Shown here piece after piece: positions 1 to 10,475 of a stretch of 64,000 nt of DNA. The notes under the pieces were generated by a model. That model was not told the DNA's origin. It did no database searches and was given only the letters and a program-made list of their open reading frames with translations. The stretch spans positions 10,264 to 74,263 of the forward strand of contig CAZCTO010000007.1 in assembly GCA_964501725.1 (NCBI GenBank), in the 5' to 3' direction. The stretch comes from an uncultured Oscillospiraceae bacterium. GTDB lineage: Bacteria; Bacillota; Clostridia; Saccharofermentanales; Saccharofermentanaceae. A program made the translations under genes and the position numbers. The first letter of the stretch is position 1; every line of letters begins with the position of its first letter.

Positions 1-1050
1 ACCGGCCCGGTCCGCCCCAAAAAAGAATCGGATAAGTATGCCCCTCTTCAGTACATCAAGGAAGTTAACGGCTTGCCTCCCGAAAAGATGCAACGCCGCC
101 AGCATTTCGATAAACTGACGCCGATCTATCCGGATGAGAAATTCGTCCTCGAGACGCAGAAAACAGAGTTGTCCACCCGGATTATCGACCTGATCGCTCC
201 GATCGGCAAGGGTCAGAGAGGCATGATCGTTTCACCACCGAAGGCCGGTAAAACGATCCTCCTTCAGAAAATAGCCAACGCGATTTCGATCAATAATCCT
301 GCCGCCAAATTAATCGTTCTTTTAATCGACGAACGCCCCGAAGAAGTGACGGATATGCAGCGTTCGATTAACGGCGAGGTCGTGTATTCCACATTTGACA
401 AGAAGCCCGAGAATCATACCAAGATCGTCGAACTCGTTCTGGAGCGCGCCATGCGCCTTGTCGAGCTAGGGAAGGACGTAGTGATTCTCCTTGACTCGAT
501 GACACGTCTTTCCCGCGCGTATAACCTGACGATCAACCCGACCGGAAGAACTCTTTCGGGAGGACTCGACCCGGGCGCTCTTTACGGACCGAAGCGCTTT
601 TTCGGTGCGGCGAGAAATATCGAAGGCGGCGGCAGTCTGACGATTATCGCGACCTCTTTGATTGATACGGGATCCAGAATGGATGAAGTTATTTTCGAAG
701 AATTCAAAGGCACGGGCAATATGGAGGTCTATTTGGACCGCAAGCTCTCCGAAAAGCGCATATTCCCGGCAATCGACATCAATAAATCCGGCACCCGCCG
801 CGAAGAACTATTACTGGGCGAGCATGAACTTGACGCCGTCTGGACGATCCGCAAGGCATTCAGCCAGCTTGACACCACGGCGGTGACCGAGATGATCATC
901 AGCCTTCTTTTGAAGACGCAAACCAACCAGCAGTTTACGCAGTCGGTGAATGTATCCTTTAACGATAAAGCGGTTTTCGAGGCGATGCGCGGCGCACGTC
1001 CCGCGGGCACCAGCACCACCACAAACGGCAGTTCAAACGGCAAATATTAA
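1..1050 (+). CDS. rho: Transcription termination factor Rho, C-terminal portion (5' end lies outside window)
   Basis: Frame is open from base 1; P-loop motif [17 protein letters not shown] and Rho-like RecA-fold sequence up to the stop at 1050; listed ORF starts at an internal TTG. Confidence 0.85.
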   Translation, partial: TGPVRPKKESDKYAPLQYIKEVNGLPPEKMQRRQHFDKLTPIYPDEKFVLETQKTELSTRIIDLIAPIGKGQRGMIVSPPKAGKTILLQKIANAISINNPAAKLIVLLIDERPEEVTDMQRSINGEVVYSTFDKKPENHTKIVELVLERAMRLVELGKDVVILLDSMTRLSRAYNLTINPTGRTLSGGLDPGALYGPKRFFGAARNIEGGGSLTIIATSLIDTGSRMDEVIFEEFKGTGNMEVYLDRKLSEKRIFPAIDINKSGTRREELLLGEHELDAVWTIRKAFSQLDTTAVTEMIISLLLKTQTNQQFTQSVNVSFNDKAVFEAMRGARPAGTSTTTNGSSNGKY

Positions 1051-1442
1051 CTCAGACTGTGAAGCTTGCGGGCGGCGGATTCTTCGTCCGGAAGGAAAAT
1101 GATCTGGTTCCCTTGATTGCTCTCCCGGATGAAGTCCCGGAGGCTATTCCCGGGGTATCCGGAAAAATCCCCGACGATCGCAAGCTTCACCTGGTAATTG
1201 GAATACTTCTGAAGAATGTCTCCGGCAAGACGCGTCTTTAAGTCATAAAAGTCGCTGCAAAAAGCCGCGGCGGGCAGAATCATCTTACCGCAATTATGCA
1301 TATAGCGGATGGTTGCCATGAGATCCAGCGCATCCTGAACATCAGAAATGAGTACTTCACTGCTCTCAATCACGGCGAGTTCGGATGACCCCTGAACCAG
1401 AATTCTGACTTCCATATATTTTCCCTCGAAAATCGTTTTCAC
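1047..1442 (-). CDS. Hypothetical small protein (DUF4180-like)
   Basis: 131-aa ORF convergent with rho; family call based on recalled similarity only. Confidence 0.45.
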   Translation of the reverse strand: MKTIFEGKYMEVRILVQGSSELAVIESSEVLISDVQDALDLMATIRYMHNCGKMILPAAAFCSDFYDLKTRLAGDILQKYSNYQVKLAIVGDFSGYPGNSLRDFIRESNQGNQIIFLPDEESAARKLHSLS

Positions 1443-1522
1443 TCATTATAACGTCCGGGGAAATAATTGGCGAGTCTTCATGAAATTGCGATAGATACCA
1501 TACTACGGCATCCCTTTTCCCG

Positions 1523-1551
1523 TTGACACTTTAGGACCTGTGTAGTAACAT
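1523..1551 (+). promoter_or_regulatory. Putative sigma-70 promoter of rpmE (TTGACA-17-TAACAT)
   Basis: TTGACA at 1523-1528, 17-nt spacer, TAACAT at 1546-1551, about 90 nt upstream of the rpmE ATG. Confidence 0.5.
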
Positions 1552-1642
1552 ACTGTTTGCACAAATGAATCCGGTCCGGCATACGTATCATCGCGTAAGA
1601 AGCACAAGGGTACGCGCCGGGTCTTTGATGAGAGGAAGAATT

Positions 1643-1843
1643 ATGAAGGATGCAATTCACCCGAAGACGCAGAAGGTAACCGTGAAGTGTGCCTGCGGAG
1701 AAACGTTTGAGGCAACATCTACGAAGACAGCTCTTCATGTAGACATTTGCTCGAAGTGTCACCCGTTTTACACCGGCAAGCAGAAATTGGTTGATACCGG
1801 CGGACGCGTCGATAAGTTCAGAAAAAGAATGGAACAGAAGTAA
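1643..1843 (+). CDS. rpmE: 50S ribosomal protein L31 (zinc-ribbon type)
   Basis: [22 protein letters not shown]...[13 protein letters not shown]; internal start chosen within the listed ORF. Confidence 0.9.
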   Translation: MKDAIHPKTQKVTVKCACGETFEATSTKTALHVDICSKCHPFYTGKQKLVDTGGRVDKFRKRMEQK

Positions 1844-1868
1844 TCCGATATTTTCGGAAATGATGAGA

Positions 1869-1900
1869 GAGACGGGGAACCGCCTCTTTTTCTTTATTTT
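1869..1900 (+). terminator. Possible intrinsic terminator after rpmE
   Basis: Imperfect GAGACGG/CCGCCTC stem followed by a TTTTTCTTTATTTTT run. Confidence 0.4.
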
Positions 1901-1957
1901 TAAGATTTATCTGTTAGAATAACTATTAGTGTTTGCTTCAAAAAGAGGAGATCATAT

Positions 1958-3196
1958 ATGACAGAAGATAAATCAAGCGGGGAAAATAAAACGCCGGTTC
2001 AAAAAGAATCCGGTTCCGTTGACTTTGGTACATGTGCGGCGGGCAACAAGAAGACAACCATCGGCGGACAGGCTTTGATAGAGGGACTGATGATGTACGG
2101 CCCGAGGCGAATCGCCATGGCGATTCGTAAGGCCGACGGCTCCATTTATGTCGAAGAAATCACACAAGGTCGAAAAATAGTATTCTTCGATCGTGTTCCG
2201 TTTATCCGCGGTTGCATTAAGTTTTTTCGCCAAATTGTTACCGGAACGGGTGCGCTGATGAAGTCCGCTGAGATATCTGAGTCGGAGGAGCCCGGTAAAG
2301 AGGCAAAGCCGGTTCCGTCTGACGTCCCGGAAGCCGGTCAAATCGTCACGGAAGCTTCCGCTCACTCAGAGATCGGGTCAGTTGCTGATGCATCCGACAA
2401 AGCCCTCTCCGCGGAGGATACCGACATGTCTCAAATGGCGGATGAAGCCAGAAGCGCGGCTGCTCCGGCTCCCGCTGAAGCAAAGGCGGGAGAACCGAAG
2501 AGCCGTCTGGATATTTTTATTGAAAGCCATATGAATATTATGATTGTATTCTCGGCGATCTTGGGCATATTATTCAGCGTTGCCCTTTTTATCCTGCTCC
2601 CGCAGTTGATCGTTGATTTGGTTCGAGGACTTTTTTCAGCGGATAAGACATCTTCAACGGGGGCGAGTATTCTTTTTAATCTTGCCGAGGGTGTTCTGCG
2701 CATTACGATATTGATTGCGTACATGATGTTAGTATCCCGGATTAAGGAAATTGCCAGGGTATGGATGTACCATGGTGCTGAGCATAAAACGATTGCCTGC
2801 TACGAAGCAGGTGATCCGTTGACGGTCGAAAACGTTCGCAAATACCCAAAGACGCATCCCCGATGCGGAACCGCTTTTCTGTTAATCGTTGTTGTCGTAT
2901 CGATTCTGATTTTCAGTATAGCGGGCGTTTTTATCGCTAAAATCGTAGGCGGTAATATTTGGTGGATCAATTCCCTGATCCGTCTGGCCTTGGTTCCCCT
3001 GGTGGGCGGCATCGCATATGAGATTCTTCGATTCACCGGAAGGCATGATAAGTCGCCCGTTGCCCGATTCATCATGAAGCCGGGCATGTGGCTTCAGCGT
3101 TATACAACACGTGAACCGGACGACAGCATGCTTGAAGTATCCATCGCCGCAATGTCAGCCGTATTACCCGAGCACGAGGGTGAGGATACCTGGTGA
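1958..3196 (+). CDS. DUF1385 (YqhQ-like) membrane protein with an acidic low-complexity insertion
   Basis: N-terminal GGQALIEGLMMYGPR motif, C-terminal polytopic membrane domain, conserved position next to prmC; Ala/Glu/Ser-rich insert around aa 100-180. Confidence 0.6.
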   Translation: MTEDKSSGENKTPVQKESGSVDFGTCAAGNKKTTIGGQALIEGLMMYGPRRIAMAIRKADGSIYVEEITQGRKIVFFDRVPFIRGCIKFFRQIVTGTGALMKSAEISESEEPGKEAKPVPSDVPEAGQIVTEASAHSEIGSVADASDKALSAEDTDMSQMADEARSAAAPAPAEAKAGEPKSRLDIFIESHMNIMIVFSAILGILFSVALFILLPQLIVDLVRGLFSADKTSSTGASILFNLAEGVLRITILIAYMMLVSRIKEIARVWMYHGAEHKTIACYEAGDPLTVENVRKYPKTHPRCGTAFLLIVVVVSILIFSIAGVFIAKIVGGNIWWINSLIRLALVPLVGGIAYEILRFTGRHDKSPVARFIMKPGMWLQRYTTREPDDSMLEVSIAAMSAVLPEHEGEDTW

Positions 3197-4161
3197 AGTG
3201 GTCTGATTTTTTAAACGAAAAGCAGAACCTTCTTGCCGAAGCCGGTATAGAAGATCCGTTGTCCGAACTTCGCGAGATATTTACGGGAGTTACCGGCAGA
3301 AGTAAGCCGGTGATGTTTTTAAATCAAAGCGATGAATATGAAGAATTATTTCAGGCATCGATACGGACGAAAATCGAAGATACGATTTCCCGGAGATGTG
3401 CCCGTGAACCGCTTGCGTATATTTTGGGAGAGGCGTTTTTCTATCGGGATTCGTTCCGGGTGGGACCGGGCGTTCTGATTCCCAGACAGGACACGGAAAT
3501 TCTGGTCGGCGCGGCTTTATATGCGCTCGGCGTTGATATGAGTTTCCTCTGCGGAAAATATGAGGACTTATCCGGACTTGCGATTCCGGAACGGAACGAT
3601 CAGATCCGCATTATGGATCTTTGTGCGGGTTCCGGATGTATCGGTATTTCAATTGCCAATGTCCTCAGTAATTACCTTGTAAACTATCGGCTTCTGATGA
3701 CCGAGTATTCGGAAGAAGCGGCGTTTTTCGCGCGTCAGAATATTGAGGCGGCGCGGGAACCGGACCGGATCCGATTGATATTGTGCGACCTTTTTCCGGA
3801 GGAAGAGCAAATTAATAACTGGTTTGACGGAAAAAAGGCCGATTTGATCGTTGCGAATCCGCCGTATATTGCCGATAATGAAATGAAGGAACTGATGCCC
3901 GAAGTCGGTGTTTTTGAGCCGGAAACAGCCTTGTCCGGCGGGCAGGACGGACTGCACTTCTACCGGAGGATTCTGGATAGGGCGAGTAAATACCTTCTGC
4001 CGGGCGGGATCCTTGCGGTTGAACACGGGTTTTCGCAAAAAGAATCAGTCGGGAAACTTTTTTCGAATCATGGGTTTGAGAATGTTATCTGCCTTACCGA
4101 TTTTGGCGGATGCGACCGTGTGACGATCGGACGACTCGGAACGAATGGTTCCGGATACTGA
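3193..4161 (+). CDS. prmC: Release-factor glutamine N5-methyltransferase PrmC/HemK
   Basis: Class I SAM methyltransferase fold with the NPPY motif (DLIVANPPYI); GTG start overlaps the upstream stop. Confidence 0.8.
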   Translation: MKWSDFLNEKQNLLAEAGIEDPLSELREIFTGVTGRSKPVMFLNQSDEYEELFQASIRTKIEDTISRRCAREPLAYILGEAFFYRDSFRVGPGVLIPRQDTEILVGAALYALGVDMSFLCGKYEDLSGLAIPERNDQIRIMDLCAGSGCIGISIANVLSNYLVNYRLLMTEYSEEAAFFARQNIEAAREPDRIRLILCDLFPEEEQINNWFDGKKADLIVANPPYIADNEMKELMPEVGVFEPETALSGGQDGLHFYRRILDRASKYLLPGGILAVEHGFSQKESVGKLFSNHGFENVICLTDFGGCDRVTIGRLGTNGSGY

Positions 4162-4193
4162 ATATTATTAGGATAGTATTTTCGGAGGAGCCA

Positions 4194-4415
4194 ATGGGAA
4201 AAGAATATTTCTTATATCCATTTCAGGCCGGACAGGAAGTTATTCTGCAAAAAGCGCACCCCTGTGGCGGAACCAAGTGGAAGCTTCTGCGGGTGTCCGG
4301 GGATGTGACACTGGAGTGCCTTACATGCGGCCGTAAAATGATTCTGACGCGAAGCGCGCTGGAAAAGGCCTGTAAACGCATCGAACCGGCTCAAGACAGA
4401 AACGACAAGTTATGA
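4194..4415 (+). CDS. DUF951 family small protein
   Basis: MGKEYF...HPCGGTKWKLLRVSGDVTLECLTCGRKMILTRS; internal ATG at 4194 chosen (listed ORF starts at 4110, inside prmC). Confidence 0.6.
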   Translation: MGKEYFLYPFQAGQEVILQKAHPCGGTKWKLLRVSGDVTLECLTCGRKMILTRSALEKACKRIEPAQDRNDKL

Positions 4416-4454
4416 TATCATTTTCTTTTAAAGGCCTTCAACAGGAGGTATTTT

Positions 4455-5099
4455 ATGTCCAAAAGTGATTCCCCGGAAATACGCAACATTAAATCCCCGC
4501 GCAAGCAACGGGGCGTTTCCCCTGAGTCTCTCGAAGGTCTGAGAGAGTGGTTGATTGATATGCCGGGATCGGATCTTACCGAGTGGGAAAGACTCCCTGA
4601 TATCGGGTTGTACATGGACCAGATATTGACGTTTATGGACCGTCAACTCGCGTTTTATCGCAGAGACGCCGGGGATAAGATTCTTACCCAGCCGATGATT
4701 AATAACTATACCAAGGACGGCCTTCTTCCCCGGGCGACGGATAAGAAATACTCCCAGGGTCACCTTGCCCTCATATCCATTCTTTGCTCACTGAAGCCGG
4801 TTCTTTCCATCTCAGATTTGTCGGTTCTTTTGGAAAACGCGCAGATCGGGAGCGACGAAGAGAAACTTTACCGTTATTTTTTAAGCGTTCAGCAGGAAGC
4901 GATCAATAAAAGCCGCAATGAGATCCTTCCCGATATTGATGCCATGATCGGAAAAAAGTTCGTTACGGCTGAGCAAAAAGATGCCGATCGACGAGAAATG
5001 GCACTGACCGCACTTCGCCTTTCGGTTGACGCAAGAGTCCGCGTCATGCTGACCCAGAAAATCCTGGATTTGCTCGATCCGACACCGGAATCAAAATAG
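4455..5099 (+). CDS. DUF1836 domain protein (MerR-like HTH N-terminus)
   Basis: MINNYTKDGLLPRATDKKYSQGHLALISILCSLKPVLSISDLSVLL core resembles DUF1836; a paralog lies at 45357. Confidence 0.55.
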   Translation: MSKSDSPEIRNIKSPRKQRGVSPESLEGLREWLIDMPGSDLTEWERLPDIGLYMDQILTFMDRQLAFYRRDAGDKILTQPMINNYTKDGLLPRATDKKYSQGHLALISILCSLKPVLSISDLSVLLENAQIGSDEEKLYRYFLSVQQEAINKSRNEILPDIDAMIGKKFVTAEQKDADRREMALTALRLSVDARVRVMLTQKILDLLDPTPESK

Positions 5100-5124
5100 A
5101 CCGTTACTCTTCGGGAGGCTTCCG

Positions 5125-5676
5125 ATGGAAACTAAAAATCATACGACTCAGCCGCTTGAGACAGAGCGTCTATTGCTGAAACCCCTGCGGAAAGAATACG
5201 CGGCGGAGGCTTATGCCGCATGGACCACCGATCCGGACGTCGCAAGGTACGTAAGGTGGTGTCCTCATGGATCGGTCGAAGAAACCATTACCTGGCTTGC
5301 CGATTCAGAAAGTAAAATAGACAGTCCGGATCATTTCGATTGGGGAATTTTTCTTCGGGACTCCGGCGCGCTGATCGGTTCCATCGGCGCGTTCAAAGAA
5401 GCCGATGAGCAAGGTATCGACCGTTACGAACTGGGTTATTGCATCGCCAAAAAGCATTGGGGCCGGGGGATTACCAGCGAGGCCTTGCAGCGAGTTTTCA
5501 CTTATTTGAGGGACGATATCGGAATTCGCCATTTCTTCTGCTGTCACGATGTCAGTAATCCCGCATCCGGAGCGGTCATGCGAAAGATAGGATTTATTCC
5601 TTACGGAACCGGAAAAGCCCGCGGGTTTGACGGCATGAAGGAACTGGATATGATCAAGTACAAATTGGATTTGTGA
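5125..5676 (+). CDS. GNAT family N-acetyltransferase (RimJ/RimL-like)
   Basis: GNAT fold motifs (HWGRGITSEALQ); 183 aa. Confidence 0.7.
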   Translation: METKNHTTQPLETERLLLKPLRKEYAAEAYAAWTTDPDVARYVRWCPHGSVEETITWLADSESKIDSPDHFDWGIFLRDSGALIGSIGAFKEADEQGIDRYELGYCIAKKHWGRGITSEALQRVFTYLRDDIGIRHFFCCHDVSNPASGAVMRKIGFIPYGTGKARGFDGMKELDMIKYKLDL

Positions 5677-5723
5677 TCTTAGCGAAAAGGCAGCACATAA
5701 TCGATCGGCTCGTCAAATGAAAA

Positions 5724-5757
5724 AGAGGCTCGAAATCCGAAGGTTTCGAGCCTCTTT
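5724..5757. terminator. Bidirectional intrinsic terminator between convergent genes
   Basis: Perfect 11-bp stem GAGGCTCGAAA/TTTCGAGCCTC with an 8-nt loop, A-run upstream and T-run downstream. Confidence 0.7.
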
Positions 5758-5781
5758 GAATCTTGAATATAACGATTAATA

Positions 5782-6777
5782 TCAGCCGGCTTCTTCAATG
5801 GCAACAGCAACCGCAACGGTCGCGCCGACCATGGGGTTATTGCCCATTCCCAGAAAGCCCATCATCTCAACGTGCGCAGGCACGGAAGAAGATCCCGCAA
5901 ACTGTGCGTCGGAGTGCATGCGGCCCATGGTATCGGTCATGCCGTAAGAGGCAGGGCCGGCGCCCATGTTGTCCGGGTGAAGGGTACGTCCGGTTCCGCC
6001 GCCCGAAGCAACGGAGAAATACTTCTTGCCGAGCTCGACGCACTCTTTCTTATAGGTGCCGGCAACCGGATGCTGAAATCTTGTGGGATTGGTAGAGTTT
6101 CCGGTGATGGAAACATCGACGCCTTCCATGTGCATGATCGCGACGCCTTCACGAACGTCATCCGCACCGTAGCAACGGACCTTGGCGCGATCTCCGTCGG
6201 AGTACGCGGTCTCTTTTACGACGGATACTTTACCTGTTGCGTAATCAAATTTTGTCTGGACATAAGTGAAGCCGTTGATTCTCGAAATGATAAAAGCGGC
6301 ATCCTTGCCCAGGCCGTTCAGGATAACGCGAAGAGGCTCTGTTCTGACTTTTCCGGCGGAAAGAGCGATCTTGATCGCGCCCTCGGCGGCCGCGAAAGAC
6401 TCGTGACCGGCCAGGAAAGCAAAACACTTGGTTTCTTCGCGAAGAAGCATGGCGGCAAGATTGCCGTGACCGATGCCGACCTTGCGGTCGTCCGCTACGG
6501 ATCCGGGAATGCAGAATGCCTGAAGACCGATGCCGATCGCTTCGGCAGCAGCAGCGGCTTTCTTAGCGCCTTTTTTAATGGCGATGGCGGCTCCGACGAC
6601 ATATGCCCAACCGGCGTTTTCGAATGCGATCGGCTGAGTTTCTTTGCAAATAGTGTAAGGGTCTATTCCTTTTGCATCGCAGATTGCTTTAGCGTCCTCG
6701 ACGGAAGCGATGCCATACGCGGAAAGAACCGCATTGATCTGTGGAATTCTTCTTTCATAACTTTCAAAAAGTGCCAT
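5782..6777 (-). CDS. GGGtGRT family protein (function unknown)
   Basis: Contains the family-defining SGGGTGRT motif; 331 aa; an antisense 317-aa ORF on + is treated as a shadow ORF. Confidence 0.75.
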   Translation of the reverse strand: MALFESYERRIPQINAVLSAYGIASVEDAKAICDAKGIDPYTICKETQPIAFENAGWAYVVGAAIAIKKGAKKAAAAAEAIGIGLQAFCIPGSVADDRKVGIGHGNLAAMLLREETKCFAFLAGHESFAAAEGAIKIALSAGKVRTEPLRVILNGLGKDAAFIISRINGFTYVQTKFDYATGKVSVVKETAYSDGDRAKVRCYGADDVREGVAIMHMEGVDVSITGNSTNPTRFQHPVAGTYKKECVELGKKYFSVASGGGTGRTLHPDNMGAGPASYGMTDTMGRMHSDAQFAGSSSVPAHVEMMGFLGMGNNPMVGATVAVAVAIEEAG

Positions 6778-6800
6778 GATGTAATTCTCCTTCCGCGTAC

Positions 6801-7511
6801 TTACTCGTGTCTCGGGTCAATGTAACGTGCCGCGTCCGCGAAACGACCATAGGTCCCGAGATTCTTCTGATATGCTTCGTTGGCGTCGCCGCCTTTTTTG
6901 ATCTGTTCGAGCATCGGACCGACTTTCAGGAACTGATATCCCGTGATCTGGTCATCCTTATCCAGAGCCAGCTTAACGATATAACCTTCAGTCAGTTCGA
7001 GGTAACGCGGACCCTTTTCGAGTGTCGAAAAGATGGTTCCGACCTGGGATCTGAGTCCCTTTCCCAGATCCTCGAGTGATGCGCCGATGGCCAGACCGCC
7101 TTCCGAAAAAGCGGACTGGGAGCGACCGTAAACGATCTGCAGGAAAAGCTCTCTCATCGCTGTATTAATCGCGTCACAGACGAGATCTGTATTCAAGGCT
7201 TCAAGAATTGTTTTCCCGACAAGTATTTCGCCGGCCATAGCGGCGGAGTGTGTCATTCCGGTACAGCCGATGGTCTCGACGAGGGCTTCCTGAATGATGC
7301 CGTCCTTAATATTCAAAGATAATTTGCATGCACCCTGTTGCGGTGCGCACCAGCCCACCCCGTGCGTAAATCCGGAAACATCTTTGATCTCTCGTACCTG
7401 AACCCATTTTCCCTCTTCGGGAATCGGAGCTGCCCCGTGATTGGGACCCTTTGCGATACAGGTCATGTGTTCAACTTCGTGTGTCTTCAGCATGGTTGTA
7501 ACCCCTTTCAA
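6801..7511 (-). CDS. NifU/IscU-like iron-sulfur scaffold domain protein (partner of GGGtGRT)
   Basis: IscU-like GWCAPQQGACKL...GCTGMTHSAAMAGEILVGKTILEA core with extensions; start may be the M at 7493. Confidence 0.6.
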   Translation of the reverse strand: MKGVTTMLKTHEVEHMTCIAKGPNHGAAPIPEEGKWVQVREIKDVSGFTHGVGWCAPQQGACKLSLNIKDGIIQEALVETIGCTGMTHSAAMAGEILVGKTILEALNTDLVCDAINTAMRELFLQIVYGRSQSAFSEGGLAIGASLEDLGKGLRSQVGTIFSTLEKGPRYLELTEGYIVKLALDKDDQITGYQFLKVGPMLEQIKKGGDANEAYQKNLGTYGRFADAARYIDPRHE

Positions 7512-7668
7512 GTAAAAATCAATACGGCGACGCTTGTCGCCTGCATTATAATATTTATACCAGCGTTCATTATAGCAAATGATCGCGGATTATCTACATA
7601 CAAAAATGCCAATATTGCATAAATCGTGTATTATAGTAGCACTTACCAACGAATGAGAAGAGGAACCA

Positions 7669-8763
7669 ATGAGTTTTGATGATCGAAAACTGCAGGAAAT
7701 TGCCAATCGTTACGAGGAACTGTTATCTTCACTTTCTGATCCGTCTGTGATTTCGGATCAGCCTCGGTATCAGAAAATGAGCCGGGAGCTATCTGAGATC
7801 GAACCGATTATCAACTGCTACCACGAACTTCAGGAGAAGCAATCCGAGCTTGCCGAAGTACAGGAGCTTTTTCGGGGAGCGGAAGACGAAGATATGCGGG
7901 AGATGGCACGCGAAGAACAGAAAACGATTGCCTCCCGAATAGAAGAACTCGAAGAAGATCTTCGGGAAAAGACCTCGCCGCGCGATCCGAACGATCTGAA
8001 ATCCGTAATCATTGAGATTCGTGCCGGTGCCGGAGGCGATGAGGCGGCCTTGTTTTGCGGAGTGCTGTATACCATGTATTCGACATACGCGCAGAACAGA
8101 GGTTGGCGCATTGAGCAAATTGACAGCAGTGAGACGGGACTCGGCGGATATAAAGAGATCATTTTTTCGATTGAAGGGCAGGGTGCCTACAGTCGGTTTA
8201 AGTACGAGAGCGGCGTGCACCGGGTTCAACGAGTTCCTGTGACCGAATCATCCGGGAGAGTGCACACATCAACAGTGACTGTAGCAGTGTTGCCCGAAGC
8301 GGAGGATGTGGAAATTGATATCAAACCCAATGATTTGAGAATTGATACTTTTCGCGCTTCCGGTGCCGGCGGTCAGCACGTTAACCGCACCGATTCGGCA
8401 ATCCGCATCGTCCATATTCCAACCGGTCTGGTCGTTCAGTGCCAGGATCAGCGAAGCCAGTTCAAAAACAAGGATAAGGCGATGGCGGTTCTGATGAGCC
8501 GGCTTCAGAAACTGGAAAACGAGAAGCAACACGGAGCAATTGCATCTGACCGAAAGGCCCAGGTCGGTTCCGGAGAACGTTCCGAGCGGATACGCACGTA
8601 TAATTATCATCAGGGCAGGGTATCCGATCACCGGATCGGCCTGACCCTCTACCGCCTCGAAGAAATCCTCGGCGGTGACCTGGACGAAATCATTAATGCG
8701 TTGGCTTTAGCGGACAAGACGAACACGCTCGGAGAAGCCTCATCCCAGGAGGATGATAAATGA
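7669..8763 (+). CDS. prfA: Peptide chain release factor 1
   Basis: GGQ motif ([25 protein letters not shown]) and RF1-type domains; 364 aa. Confidence 0.9.
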   Translation: MSFDDRKLQEIANRYEELLSSLSDPSVISDQPRYQKMSRELSEIEPIINCYHELQEKQSELAEVQELFRGAEDEDMREMAREEQKTIASRIEELEEDLREKTSPRDPNDLKSVIIEIRAGAGGDEAALFCGVLYTMYSTYAQNRGWRIEQIDSSETGLGGYKEIIFSIEGQGAYSRFKYESGVHRVQRVPVTESSGRVHTSTVTVAVLPEAEDVEIDIKPNDLRIDTFRASGAGGQHVNRTDSAIRIVHIPTGLVVQCQDQRSQFKNKDKAMAVLMSRLQKLENEKQHGAIASDRKAQVGSGERSERIRTYNYHQGRVSDHRIGLTLYRLEEILGGDLDEIINALALADKTNTLGEASSQEDDK

Positions 8764-10475
8764 TCCGTAACAACTCGAAGGGATCGGAAAACGAAATGGA
8801 AACGAAGTTGATCCACTACGAGAAAGATGCGGATCTTGCCGAACCTGCCGCGCTGATCGCAAGCGGAGAAGTGGTTGCTTTTCCGACGGAAACGGTATAT
8901 GGCCTTGGTGCCAACGCGCTGGATCCGAAAGCGGTCGCGAAAATTTTTGTGGCGAAGGGGAGACCCGCGGATAATCCGCTGATTGTGCATGTCTCTGATC
9001 GGGCTGAGATCATTCCCCTTGTGAAAGAAATATCACCGCTTGCGGAGTGCCTTGCCGAAGCGTTTATGCCGGGTCCGATCACTCTGGTTATGTACAAAAG
9101 CAACATCATTCCGGACATCGTCAGCGCGGGTCTTCCGACAGTCGGAATAAGACTGCCTTCCAACCGGATAGCAAGAGAACTTATTTCTTTGTCCGGTGTT
9201 CCGGTCGCCGCGCCCTCAGCAAATGAATCGGGCGGACCTTCTCCGACACGAGCCGGTCACGTGATGAGGGATTTAAAGGGGAAAATCGCATGTGTTATTG
9301 ACGGAGGATCGAGCGAGGTGGGTCTGGAATCCACAGTCGTTGATGTTACCGGCAACACGCCGGTTATCCTCAGGCCGGGTGCAGTGACTGCTGAAATGAT
9401 CGAAAAAGTATGCCGGAAGAATGGTTTTCCGACTCAAAAAATGACCGTCAGTACTCACGTCGACCTGGATCAGACACCCAAAGCTCCCGGTATGAAATAT
9501 CGGCATTATGCGCCGAAAGCACCCATCCGCATCATCTATCCTGACCAGGATGGCTACGTTGACACTTTTTTAAATGCCGTCCGGGCAGAGTTAAAAAAAG
9601 AGACGGACCGAAGAATCGGTGTTTTTTGCGGAGACGAAATTTTCGAGAAGCTGCGCGATGAGTGCTCGGATCAGTCGCTATCGCGCATTCACACATATCA
9701 TTTCGGAAAAGGAGACGATGTTGAGGCCGCGTCGAGCCACCTTTTTGCCGCGCTTCGGTGGATGGATAAAGAAGATGCGGACATTATTCTTGCCACCGGC
9801 TTTGAGAGCCGCGGACTGGCTACGGCGTATATGAACCGACTCGAAAAAGCAGCCGGAGCCGTGAGGGAAGCGAAAATTGACGCTTCTTCATTTCCGCCCG
9901 TGAAAGAGAAAGAATATCGACGAGTCCTTTTTGTCTGTACGGGGAATACATGCAGAAGCCCGATGGCTGAAGCTATTTTCAATGTATTGGCCGAGAGCGG
10001 CGGGCCATATGTATCGTCAACGAACAGATCGATGAGAATCGAGCTGATTGCCTCATCAGCCGGGATCTATGCCGATTTTGGCAGTCCCGCGGCGACGTAT
10101 GCGGAGGATGCGGTGAGGAATCTTTACGGAGCTGATCTCGGAAACCACCGATCGAGAAAAACGACACGACAGATTCTTGCGGAAAATGATCTGGTTCTCG
10201 GCATGACCCGCGAACATGCTGCTTATATGCGATCCAATTTCCCGGAGTTTAAAGACCGGATATACTCAATATTCGAGTATTTGGGACTTACGGGCACCTC
10301 CGCGCCGGTTCAAAAGGATCCGACCACCCGGTCGGATATCCCGGATCCTTACGGGCGCAATCTCTCGGTCTACGAGAATACCGCGGCAGTACTAAAAGAC
10401 CTGATAGACGCAATGTTTCCGAAGCTGTTGAAAGACTTGGGAATTGAGCAACAGGATAAATCCGAAAACGGCTGA
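8760..10475 (+). CDS. tsaC: Fusion protein: L-threonylcarbamoyladenylate synthase (TsaC/Sua5/YwlC) + low-molecular-weight protein-Tyr/Arg phosphatase (YwlE-like)
   Basis: N-terminal YrdC/Sua5 domain ([16 protein letters not shown]) and Sua5 C-domain; C-terminal CX5R P-loop [17 protein letters not shown] of an LMW-PTP; ATGA overlap with the prfA stop. Confidence 0.75.
   Translation: MIRNNSKGSENEMETKLIHYEKDADLAEPAALIASGEVVAFPTETVYGLGANALDPKAVAKIFVAKGRPADNPLIVHVSDRAEIIPLVKEISPLAECLAEAFMPGPITLVMYKSNIIPDIVSAGLPTVGIRLPSNRIARELISLSGVPVAAPSANESGGPSPTRAGHVMRDLKGKIACVIDGGSSEVGLESTVVDVTGNTPVILRPGAVTAEMIEKVCRKNGFPTQKMTVSTHVDLDQTPKAPGMKYRHYAPKAPIRIIYPDQDGYVDTFLNAVRAELKKETDRRIGVFCGDEIFEKLRDECSDQSLSRIHTYHFGKGDDVEAASSHLFAALRWMDKEDADIILATGFESRGLATAYMNRLEKAAGAVREAKIDASSFPPVKEKEYRRVLFVCTGNTCRSPMAEAIFNVLAESGGPYVSSTNRSMRIELIASSAGIYADFGSPAATYAEDAVRNLYGADLGNHRSRKTTRQILAENDLVLGMTREHAAYMRSNFPEFKDRIYSIFEYLGLTGTSAPVQKDPTTRSDIPDPYGRNLSVYENTAAVLKDLIDAMFPKLLKDLGIEQQDKSENG

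Noticed and set aside
5872-6825. 317-aa + strand ORF antisense to the GGGtGRT gene
   Set aside because: Arg/Gly-rich low-complexity translation typical of a shadow ORF opposite a GC-rich gene. The minus-strand frame carries the family motif.
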